Source: Candidatus Aldehydirespiratoraceae bacterium (GTDB lineage: Bacteria; Actinomycetota; Acidimicrobiia; Acidimicrobiales; Aldehydirespiratoraceae). From it: a stretch of 64,000 nt of DNA. The translations under genes and the position numbers were made by a program. The notes under the pieces are model-generated. The model searched no databases and was not told where the DNA came from. It saw nothing but the letters and a program-made list of their open reading frames with translations. The stretch spans positions 1,588,771-1,652,770 of the forward strand of contig OZ242187.1 in NCBI GenBank assembly GCA_965205465.1, in the 5' to 3' direction. Shown here in pieces: positions 38,488 through 46,996 of this stretch. How positions within the stretch are numbered: position 1 is the stretch's first letter; the number at the start of each line of letters is the position of its first letter.

Positions 38488-40911
38488 TCATCCGGCTTGT
38501 TGGTCTCGCAGGGAGATCATTCCCAGGATCTGCTCCCTGTTCAGGGCGGCAAGTTCGAGACTGGGATCCAACTCCAAGGCCCGCTCGGTGTCGGCGAGAG
38601 CATCGTCGAGGCGATCAATGCCGACGTTCACGACAGCTCTGTTGAGATACACATCCGCGAGGTCCGGCAACTCCGTCCCAGGTGTGGCGGTCGGTACCAG
38701 TCCTTGGTCGAACAACCTCGCCGCTTCGTCGAACAGCCCGAGTGCTTCGTCGTTGTGCCCCAGTCGAGCCGACAGCAACCCCAGGAAATACACGGCGCTG
38801 ATGTCTTCGTCGTTGATTTCGTAGGCATGCCGGTAGCTGCTCAGTGCCTGTTCGTGTCGGTCAAGATTCTCAAGCGCCACCCCAAGTTGGACGTGAGCGG
38901 CCACAGAGTCGGGATCCGCAACTATGGCAGCCTCGTACGCCTCCGCGGCCTGATCGTATCGGTCCGCCTCCAACAGGACGTTGCCGCGCTCCACCTCCGC
39001 GATGGCGACGGACGGGGCCAACGTCTCTATGTAGCCCCCCTCGACAAGTTCGGCGGCTTCGTCGTTGCGGCCCTGCATGACAAGCACAGTGGCCAGTGAC
39101 TGCGCTACGTCTTGACGTTGCGGGTCGGCTTCAAGCGCACGCCGTAGAATCGGCTCCGCCTCAACCAGACGATCATTCGTGTGCAGGAACAGCCCGTAGT
39201 TTGACAACAGACTCACATCGTCGGGATGTAATTCGATACCCCGATTGAAGTACTCTTCGGCTTGCTCAAGGTCCCCTGACTTTTCATACAGAAGCGCCGC
39301 GTTGTTGTGCACTTGGGTCCAGTGAGGTCTCAGTCTCAACGCTTTCAGTATCAGCGTTTCAGCCTCATCGAACTCGCTGCGATCCGCCAAAAGCACAGCC
39401 AAGTTGCCCATAGCCGGCACGTACGACGGCTGCAGTTCCAATGACTGCCGAAAGTACGATTCCGCCGTTTCAACGTCATCCAAATCAGAGTACGCAACCC
39501 CCAAGTTGTAGAGCGGAAGATACACATTCGGCGCATCATTCACCAGCGATTGCTCATACATCTTGATGCCGTCTTCTATTCTTCCCAACCCTCGGTAGGC
39601 GTTGCCGAGATTCATGTAGGCACCGCCCCGAGCTGTGGGATTGTTCGTAACGATGTACGTGAAGAACCGGTGTGGACTCTCGTAGTTGAGAGCCAGCCGC
39701 CATGTGAAAACCCCCAACACGACCACAACAGGCACACACAACCCGGCCAACACACGGGTTCCGCTGAGCCGATGTCCGGCCCGGAGCCTGGCCGCTGCGC
39801 ATGCTGCTGAGCCCACCACCAAAGCGATCAGCCCGATCCCTGCCAGATACTGGAACCGGTCAGCCACGTAGCTGATGTCCATATACCCGTAATCCACGAG
39901 GCCCGACACCGGTGCCAGCGTCACACCAAAGAACAGCACTCCCGCCAACGCTCCCCTCCCGATGCGGTGACGAAGCATCCACAACCCGACAACAACAGCG
40001 ATCCCCCCAGCAATAAGGACCCAGCCCACGAAGTCGCCACCGTTCACATCCCATCGGGGGTAGATCGGCAACAGATCCGCAGGCCACAACAGCTTGTGCG
40101 CATAGTGCCACATGGACCGGGCCATGATTTGCGCCCGCTCAGTCGGCGGAATGTCGAGCGAGACCGATTCCCTGGCCGTGTAATAGGCCAGATCGCCCAC
40201 GGTGACAACTGCCGCTACCGCAAAGAACGGCAAGGTGCGGATGAATTCGCGCTTGGAGACGCGCCCGTTGCGCCACCAGTGATAGACCAGCAGCATCACC
40301 GGCAGCGTCACCACTATCGACTTGCTCAACAGCCCCAGAGTGAACGCCGCCAACGAACCCACATACAGTGCCTCTCCCGATCCAGATCGGATCCGACGCC
40401 TCGACGCGCCTCGTGCCCTGTTCGGAGTCCCGACACTTCGCTGAAGCTCGTCCCAGTGGAGATAGGCCAGCGCCGACAACAAGTAGAAGAGCGCAGACAG
40501 CACGTCCTTGCGCTCGATAGCCCAAACCACCGAATCCACATGCATCGGGTGCACCGCGAACACCGCCGCGGCAACCCAGGCGCCGGGCATCCCCAAGCGC
40601 CGCAACAACGCAAGTACGAGCATGCTGTTGGCCGCGTGCAACACCACGTTGACCACATGGTATCCCACCGGGTCCAGCCCCCACAGCATGTGCTCCACCC
40701 AGAATGTCGTGTAGACGAGCGGCCAGTAGTGCACTTCAGATTCGATAAGGCGAGGATTGAACCAGATGTCTGCAAAGCCGCTCACCTGATCGTGGAAATC
40801 GATGATGATCGTGTCGTCCCACAAGAAAGCGGCAGAGAATGCGGGTATGAACACCACAACCGCCAACAGACCAACCGCGACACTGCCCATTCTGCTGCTT
40901 GGCACCATCAA
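38488..40911 (-). CDS. TMTC-like GT-C membrane glycosyltransferase with C-terminal TPRs
   Basis: FLWDD, YWPL, GYHVVNVVLH, FAVHPMH, ERKDVL, LSKS, ADRFQY in a multi-TM region followed by about nine TPRs. Confidence 0.82.
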   Translation of the reverse strand: MMVPSSRMGSVAVGLLAVVVFIPAFSAAFLWDDTIIIDFHDQVSGFADIWFNPRLIESEVHYWPLVYTTFWVEHMLWGLDPVGYHVVNVVLHAANSMLVLALLRRLGMPGAWVAAAVFAVHPMHVDSVVWAIERKDVLSALFYLLSALAYLHWDELQRSVGTPNRARGASRRRIRSGSGEALYVGSLAAFTLGLLSKSIVVTLPVMLLVYHWWRNGRVSKREFIRTLPFFAVAAVVTVGDLAYYTARESVSLDIPPTERAQIMARSMWHYAHKLLWPADLLPIYPRWDVNGGDFVGWVLIAGGIAVVVGLWMLRHRIGRGALAGVLFFGVTLAPVSGLVDYGYMDISYVADRFQYLAGIGLIALVVGSAACAAARLRAGHRLSGTRVLAGLCVPVVVVLGVFTWRLALNYESPHRFFTYIVTNNPTARGGAYMNLGNAYRGLGRIEDGIKMYEQSLVNDAPNVYLPLYNLGVAYSDLDDVETAESYFRQSLELQPSYVPAMGNLAVLLADRSEFDEAETLILKALRLRPHWTQVHNNAALLYEKSGDLEQAEEYFNRGIELHPDDVSLLSNYGLFLHTNDRLVEAEPILRRALEADPQRQDVAQSLATVLVMQGRNDEAAELVEGGYIETLAPSVAIAEVERGNVLLEADRYDQAAEAYEAAIVADPDSVAAHVQLGVALENLDRHEQALSSYRHAYEINDEDISAVYFLGLLSARLGHNDEALGLFDEAARLFDQGLVPTATPGTELPDLADVYLNRAVVNVGIDRLDDALADTERALELDPSLELAALNREQILGMISLRDQQAG

Positions 40912-41179
40912 TCGGTCCCGGTTAGGCGGGCGGTGGAATGGACAGCATCGGTCCGGTCCCCCGACAACGGTTCTGCCGAACGGTTGTTGAGCGCGGGCAT
41001 GGTGGCGCGGTTGATGTGGCGGGGGGCCAGGCCGTCAATCAAGACCGCCAGTACGGGAGAAGGCGAAACTGTCGTAACCCTTATGGTAGGGACTCCGCGA
41101 GCCACCAGGTGGACAGGTCTGCTGCGGCGGCGTCGGCTGTGTCGGGTTCTGCGGCAGCCGCTGCGTCCGTGGCGTCAGC

Positions 41180-41354
41180 CGTTTCGTCGGGTTCAGGCAC
41201 ATCGGGCGCGGCCTCGGTCGTGGCAGTCGTTTCGTCGGGTTCAGGCACATCGGGCGCGGCCTCGGTCGTGGCAGTCGTTTCGTCGGGTTCAGGCACATCG
41301 GGCGCGGCCTCGGTCGTGGCAGTCGGTTCGTCGGGTTCAGGCACATCGGGCGCG
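41180..41354 (-). repeat. 48-bp tandem repeat (3.6 copies) in a gene remnant encoding EAAPDVPEPDETTATT
   Basis: Copies at 41180, 41228, 41276, 41324. Confidence 0.85.
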
Positions 41355-41411
41355 TGCTGCGCTCGCTGGCATGCGCCGAATGACCAAAGGAGACACAACA
41401 GACACAACACA
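41345..41411 (+). repeat. Copy of the SLH gene 3' end and downstream DNA (38345-38411)
   Basis: Near-identical; joined through a 10-bp microhomology ATCGGGCGCG. Confidence 0.88.
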
Positions 41412-41457
41412 CGTCCCACCCTGTTGGCGTGACGGATAGTCGTCGCTGCATCGTGGT

Positions 41458-42750
41458 TCATCGCGATCTGTGTCCGCCGCTGTGACCAAGCGGCAAGATA
41501 CAAGGTGCGTGTGCTCGCGGCATCCAGAAATTGCATCGGGTTGTCGAGGATGCTTGCTGCGAAGAGTTGGCGTTGCTCGATGAGTGCATGGCTTCCTCCG
41601 TGGTGATCTGGACGATGCTGTCGACTGTGATCACGTCCGCGATTCGGACGATGCCGTCGGAGCCCGTTTTGATACATCCGGCGTTCTCTAGATGCCGCCA
41701 TGCTCGTGTAAGGGTTTTCGGGTTGCCTAACAAGGCTTGCGCGATTTGTTGTGGTGTGGCCTCACCACCGAATCTAGCTAGTTGACTCAAGTAGCCTTGT
41801 TCGGTCTCGTTGAGAGCGGTCCATGCCGGTAACGAAACCCGTTCAAGCATCAAACGATCCGTTTCGGTGATAGCCGAAGCAACGGCGGTTTCGTCGATTG
41901 GGTTGTTGGGCGCATCAGCGGCTTCCCACGCGTTGTGCCCCAGGAGTTGCATTTTGTAAGGCAGCGACCCGACTGCCTCAACCAACGTGGCTAACGCTAT
42001 GTCCTCGAATGAACCGTCAACATCCGCCGCGGTTGCGGTTAGAAACCGTTGAGCGTTGACGCGGCTCAACGGGGGCATGTCGTGACGGTTGCATCTAGCG
42101 AAGAATGTCATTCGCTTGTCTTCGAGCAGGGTGTGTTTCATCTCAGAAAGCCCGGCCCCTAAGAAACCTAAGGGGAGGCGTTCGCCTTTAGTGATGTGTT
42201 GGAGGTCGGCTGCTAGCCGACGAAGTTCGGTTGTGTCACCGCTGTGCATTTCGTCTATGACCAGCAGCACCGCTGTATCGTTCTGCGCCGCGTGGTCAGC
42301 GAGAGTGGTTAGCTGACGGCGAAGCCCCCATTCTGGACGCGCCGTGCGGATGGCTTCGCGCTGCCACACGAAAGGCGGCATTTTGATCGTCGTAGCTCGC
42401 CGTGTGGTTACGTCGTCGTTTTCGGGCAGTGACTCGTGTTCGCTGCGCGCCCAGTCGATACGTTCACTAATGCGTTCATGGACACCTTCGGTGGTCGTGT
42501 CGAGAGCCAACACAATCCACCCAGATGCCCGGGCTTCGTCTTTGAGGTGGTTCAGGATGACCGTTTTGCCTGAACCACGGGGCCCTAGCAATATGGATGT
42601 GAATCGCGGATCGCGCGGTCCTGATTCCAGCCCCCGCCGCAACGACCGGACCAAGTCGTCCCGGCCCACCAACCGGCTCGGCTGCTGTCCGAAATCAGGC
42701 GTGAACGGGTTGTCGGGGAGTTCGCCAATCGAAGCTAACGGGTGTAACAC
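41458..42750 (-). CDS. AAA ATPase (AAA_16-like) with winged helix and C-terminal Cys/His tail
   Basis: NPFTP.FG..P..LVGRD, GPRGSGKT, LLVIDE; tail RCNFWMPRAHAPCILPLGHSGGH. Confidence 0.85.
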   Translation of the reverse strand: MLHPLASIGELPDNPFTPDFGQQPSRLVGRDDLVRSLRRGLESGPRDPRFTSILLGPRGSGKTVILNHLKDEARASGWIVLALDTTTEGVHERISERIDWARSEHESLPENDDVTTRRATTIKMPPFVWQREAIRTARPEWGLRRQLTTLADHAAQNDTAVLLVIDEMHSGDTTELRRLAADLQHITKGERLPLGFLGAGLSEMKHTLLEDKRMTFFARCNRHDMPPLSRVNAQRFLTATAADVDGSFEDIALATLVEAVGSLPYKMQLLGHNAWEAADAPNNPIDETAVASAITETDRLMLERVSLPAWTALNETEQGYLSQLARFGGEATPQQIAQALLGNPKTLTRAWRHLENAGCIKTGSDGIVRIADVITVDSIVQITTEEAMHSSSNANSSQQASSTTRCNFWMPRAHAPCILPLGHSGGHRSR

Positions 42751-42760
42751 AACACCACTC

Positions 42761-42840
42761 TAGCACATAACCTGTCGCACGACTACATAACCTGTCCCAT
42801 GACTACACAACCTGTCGCACGAACACATTAAGTGTCGCAC
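42761..42840 (-). promoter_or_regulatory. Four 20-bp direct repeats abutting a leaderless -10 (TAGAGT)
   Basis: GACTACATAACCTGTCGCAC-like units at 42761, 42781, 42801, 42821. Confidence 0.7.
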
Positions 42841-42980
42841 TAGGTTGAAGTCGGCGTCGACTTTGGCGCGGCCGCGCACGCGGGCGTGGCGGCCGCCGTG
42901 TTTTCGGCGCATCAGGTGCGCGAGCTTGCGTTCGACTTTGGGGCGCACGGCGCGGTAGCCGTTTCGCCATGAGGGGTCAG
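42841..42980 (-). mobile_element. IS1182-like transposase fragment (shorter copy at ~46956-47000)
   Basis: DPSWRNGYRAVRPKVERKLAHLMRRKHGGRHARVRGRAKVDADFNL. Confidence 0.65.
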
Positions 42981-45355
42981 TCGATGTAGGTGCAGAGGGT
43001 TGCGCTGCCCAAGTCGATGACCGACAGGTCGAACGTGCCCGACTCGAACGGGAACCGGCTGGTCACCGCGATGTAATAGGTGCCGCCTTGGCGGGGCCGC
43101 AGCGTGACCGTCGACTCGGGATAGGCCAGATAGCCCTTGTCCTGGGTGCCCTCGACGTAGTTCCCGTCGGCGTCGTAGAGGCCCTGGATGAACGGATGGG
43201 CCAGCGTGAGCGGCTCGGTCGGCGCGTACTGCGCGGGGAAGTCCCCGTCCAGGTGGCGCTGCCACGTCGTCGCGCCCCGCACGTCGATCTGATAGCACGA
43301 GCCCCTCGGCAGGGTCACCCGGTACCAGTCCACATCGCGGCGGGCATTGATCCGGTACTCGATACTGCCGTTGACCGCAGTGCGGCCGTGATACCACGAC
43401 TCGCCCACCGCCACCGACTCCTCAGTGTCGACCGTCTGACCCACATAATCGGCGCCCACGGGAGGCTCCTCGTCGTCCGCGACGAAGCCCCTCCCAGGGG
43501 TCGACCCCTGCAGCACAAGGGGATGGCTCGCGTCGAACACCCGCAAGCCCACCGTCTCAGCGTTCGAGCCCTCGAAGTCGCCGTCGTCGATGACCCGCAC
43601 CAGCACGAACGCCGACGTCTCACCCGCAGGGATCGTCGCCGTCCCGGCCACGGGCTCGTAGTCCGCGCCAGCCAGAGCGGTGCCGTCCACCGTCTCGTAC
43701 TGCACTGTGAAATCGCTGCCGATCTGACCGCTCAGCTCCAGCTCGAACACCACATTCGCGAAGTCCTGCCCCGCGACCGGGCTCGTGCCTTGGTTCTGGC
43801 CGCCCTCGGTGCCCGTGCCGCCATGCACCGACAAAAGCGGCGCAGGATCGTTGTCCGCGATCATGATCTGCATCTCATCCGCATCCGGGTCCACCCTGAT
43901 GTCGCTGCCTACCGCAACCATCTCAATGTCAATCGTCTCGACGGTTTCATAGACATCGTCCTCGTAGATGCTCACGGGCACCCCCACCTCGGTAACGCCA
44001 CTGTGGAGCGTGACCGTGGCAGGCAACGCCGCATAATCCACGTCGGGCTCAGCCGTGCCCGACACCACCAGCTCCACCTCCAGAGTCCGGTCAGCCTTAG
44101 GACTCAGTTGGATCACCACCACATCAAGAACCGGGTTTTCGCCCTCGTGCATATTATGGCTCGACGCCAACATCGACGCTTTCGGCACCGGCTCGTCATT
44201 GAGAATCGTGCCCTTCGCGACGCCGTCGAGAATCGTCGCGTTTGACGGGTTGCTGATCGTCACCGTGAACGTCTCGTCATCCTCAAACACAGGAGCAGAA
44301 GAATCATCAATGGAATCCACAAGGAGCAATAACCGGGTACGGCCAGAACTCAGCCCGCCGGGCTCGTCGAGATGGACCACATCCAGTCCTAGGATCGCCG
44401 TGTCGCCCTGCTCGACGCTCACCGCCCACCTTAAACTCACCACCCGTTCCGCCGGGCCGCTCAACGTCACCTCGAAGTCCAAATCGTCGCCCTCGACGGC
44501 GGAGGCGTCCGCGATGCTGATCGTCGGCTCGGTCTCGTCATCGAGAATCGTGCCCGTCGCCGTGGATGGGGAGGGGAGCGTCGCGTTCATCGCATTGGTG
44601 AGCGTCACCGTGAACGTCTCATTACCCTCGTACACATTGTCGTTATTGAGGGCGACCCCAAATTCGGCGTAATCCTGGCCGGGAAGAAACGTGACGGTGC
44701 CGGCCGCAGGGACGAAGTCGTTCGCCTCTGCGGTGTCGCCGTCTTCGATGCTGGTGCTGTAGGTGACGCTCACTTCGTGGCTCGATATCGCATTGAGACC
44801 CACTTCGAAAATCATCTCAAATGCACCCTCTTCGAAGTGCTCACCATGCCCGATGCTCAGGCCGGGCAGCGGGGTCTGGTGGTTGCGGGCGTGCTCCAGC
44901 GGTTCCTCAGGCACCGGCGCGGCGATCGACTGCGGCACCGCCAGATCCTGCGCCGGAGCCGTGTGGGCCGCGGCGGCGCCCGACACGACATCGCTCCAAC
45001 GCGACCCCGAACCCCCGAACCGCGCCCGCACCCTCACCTCATAGACCCCACCGGGCACCAAACCCGAAATCACATGCTCAGCACCAGACCGGAACGCGTT
45101 CCACTCAACGTCGCCGGCACGGCGGAACCGCTCGCCCGCAGGCCTCCACGACACCCGATAATTCACAGGACCCGCGTCATGGACATCCCACGTGACGCTC
45201 AGCTCACCGGCACCAGACCCCGAAACGACCTCCACACCCGACACCGCGACCCGCTGCGGCGGAGGACTCCCGGACGCGAACGCCGAAGCCCCCACGGCAA
45301 CAACAGCAACAACGGAAACAACCAACACCACCACCAAACGCCGACTCGACCGCAC
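42977..45355 (-). CDS. Secreted FN3 + Calx-beta repeat protein, paralog 1
   Basis: Signal peptide, FN3 (LSVTW...YRVSW...GLVPG..YEVRVRA), Calx-beta motifs (DGTA.AG.DY, E..ETFTVT), PPC-like C-terminus (DVDWYRV). Confidence 0.87.
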   Translation of the reverse strand: MRSSRRLVVVLVVSVVAVVAVGASAFASGSPPPQRVAVSGVEVVSGSGAGELSVTWDVHDAGPVNYRVSWRPAGERFRRAGDVEWNAFRSGAEHVISGLVPGGVYEVRVRARFGGSGSRWSDVVSGAAAAHTAPAQDLAVPQSIAAPVPEEPLEHARNHQTPLPGLSIGHGEHFEEGAFEMIFEVGLNAISSHEVSVTYSTSIEDGDTAEANDFVPAAGTVTFLPGQDYAEFGVALNNDNVYEGNETFTVTLTNAMNATLPSPSTATGTILDDETEPTISIADASAVEGDDLDFEVTLSGPAERVVSLRWAVSVEQGDTAILGLDVVHLDEPGGLSSGRTRLLLLVDSIDDSSAPVFEDDETFTVTISNPSNATILDGVAKGTILNDEPVPKASMLASSHNMHEGENPVLDVVVIQLSPKADRTLEVELVVSGTAEPDVDYAALPATVTLHSGVTEVGVPVSIYEDDVYETVETIDIEMVAVGSDIRVDPDADEMQIMIADNDPAPLLSVHGGTGTEGGQNQGTSPVAGQDFANVVFELELSGQIGSDFTVQYETVDGTALAGADYEPVAGTATIPAGETSAFVLVRVIDDGDFEGSNAETVGLRVFDASHPLVLQGSTPGRGFVADDEEPPVGADYVGQTVDTEESVAVGESWYHGRTAVNGSIEYRINARRDVDWYRVTLPRGSCYQIDVRGATTWQRHLDGDFPAQYAPTEPLTLAHPFIQGLYDADGNYVEGTQDKGYLAYPESTVTLRPRQGGTYYIAVTSRFPFESGTFDLSVIDLGSATLCTYID

Positions 45356-45475
45356 CTGGACACCCCCTCGTAGGCTAAGCAGGCGCCGTCGACGCCGCCT
45401 GCATGAAGTTGCAAAGACTCCACAATCATAGCCGCGACTATTCGACTACCCAATAGACCGCCCGCTCACTCATCC

Positions 45476-45542
45476 CGCTGGGGTGTTGTTGCTCACATTC
45501 TGTTCTCTGAAGGGGCCCGCTGCGTTGCCCGCGGAGTCCTGT
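45476..45542 (-). repeat. Copy of a segment near the 3' end of the giant gene (~50117-50182)
   Basis: GCTGGGGTGTTGTTGCTCACATTCTG...GCGGAGTCCTGT identical. Confidence 0.88.
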
Positions 45543-45596
45543 CCTCGGAACTGCCCCTGAGACGGAACGGTGGCCCACCGGGGTATGCCCAAGCGT

Positions 45597-46850
45597 CTAA
45601 TCAGACCAGAGGGAGTTTATGGGTCGCATGTGGAGGCGGTCGTCGAGGCTGACGCAGTGTGTGCCGGTATGCAACAAGATCCCAGCAACAAAGGACCCGG
45701 GGTTGACCGCGTCAAGTTTGTTGCGCAACCAGCGGAGATTGTTGATGTGGCTGAGCGCGGGGGAACTCGTCGCCTTGATCTCCACCGCCACCACCTTCCC
45801 GTCGTCACCCTCAAGAACAAGGTCAACTTCGTGGTTCTGACGGTCGCGGTAATGCCACAGATTGCGGCCCTTCGGGGCGGTGCCGAGTTGACGGATGATT
45901 TCGTTGACGGTGAACGTTTCGAGAAGCGGCCCAGTTGCCGGGGATGTGGGCGACGCAAGCGCATCAGGGCCCAGGCCGAGCAGGCGGGCTGCAAGTCCCG
46001 TGTCGGTCAGGTGGAACTTGGGGCGACGGGCTGCCTTCGGCCAGAGACTGCGGGACCAGGCCGGGATCTCGTGCAACAAGAAAACCGTCTGGAGCCAATC
46101 CAGGTAGGAGACCGCGGTCGGATGACTGATCCCTAGATCGCGGGCAGCTGCCGATACGTTGATCTGGTTGCTGGTGAGCGCGGCAGCCCATCGCAACAGG
46201 AGGGGAAGCGACGCGGCTTTGCGGATGTCGGCTAGCTGCGCAACATCGCGCCGAATCACAGTCTCCACATAGCTCTGCAACCAGTCTCGACGCTCATCGG
46301 GGTCGCTGTTGACGACCGCGGGATAACCACCCCGACAAATCAACTCCAGGTAGTCGGCTTTGGTGAGGCTCTCTGTTGGCACCGGTCCGGGATCTCCCTG
46401 AAACCAACGGTTGATGATGTCGGCGCTGGTTCGGGTCAACTCAGCTTCCGAGAATGGCCACAGGCGGAAGAGTTGAATTCGCCCGGCCAGGGACTCGCTG
46501 ATATTGGGGACCGTCAAGAAGTTGGTGGAACCAGTGAGCAGAAAGCGCCCAGGGGCCGGATCTGCGTCCACCAGTTGTTTGATGGAGCGAACGACTCGGT
46601 CTCCGCCCAGTTGGACTTCGTCGATCACGAGCGGACGCTTTTGGTGGGCCAAGTAGGTCATGGGGTCATCGAGCAACGCTTGACGGTGTATCTCGTCATC
46701 CAATGAGATGTAGGTGCCTCCACGGGCTTTGACCAGCAGTTTGGCAAGTGTGGTTTTCCCGCATTGGCGCGCTCCGTGGAGCATCACGACGCGGGAACGT
46801 TCCAGAGCCCGCTCGAGCCGCGGTTGCAGATGTCGGTCAACGGTGTTCAC
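45597..46850 (-). CDS. AAA_14 + DUF4143 ATP-binding protein
   Basis: GARQCGKTT, IDEVQ, FLLTGS, ESLAGR, GGYP, KFHLTDTGL, EVDLV...VEIKA. Confidence 0.92.
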   Translation of the reverse strand: MNTVDRHLQPRLERALERSRVVMLHGARQCGKTTLAKLLVKARGGTYISLDDEIHRQALLDDPMTYLAHQKRPLVIDEVQLGGDRVVRSIKQLVDADPAPGRFLLTGSTNFLTVPNISESLAGRIQLFRLWPFSEAELTRTSADIINRWFQGDPGPVPTESLTKADYLELICRGGYPAVVNSDPDERRDWLQSYVETVIRRDVAQLADIRKAASLPLLLRWAAALTSNQINVSAAARDLGISHPTAVSYLDWLQTVFLLHEIPAWSRSLWPKAARRPKFHLTDTGLAARLLGLGPDALASPTSPATGPLLETFTVNEIIRQLGTAPKGRNLWHYRDRQNHEVDLVLEGDDGKVVAVEIKATSSPALSHINNLRWLRNKLDAVNPGSFVAGILLHTGTHCVSLDDRLHMRPINSLWSD

Positions 46851-46865
46851 GTTGCGACGGTAGCA

Positions 46866-46929
46866 CTAATTTAGAAATTGCCCTCAAGATAATTATAAAA
46901 TTGCCCGCGCATTAGTTACAAAACTGCCC
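46866..46929 (-). promoter_or_regulatory. Three AT-rich direct repeats (23-bp period) upstream of a leaderless -10 (TACCGT)
   Basis: ...AAATTGCCC / AAATTGCCC / AAACTGCCC with GCCC at 46880, 46903, 46926. Confidence 0.7.
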
Positions 46930-46996
46930 GACCAAGCTTAGCCGCAGGCGCAACTCTTTGGGGCGCACGGCGCGGTAGCCGTTTCGCCATGAGGGG

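Noticed and set aside
45548-45596. Possible IS3-like end (GAACTGCCCCTGA)
   Set aside because: No partner IR, target duplication or transposase seen
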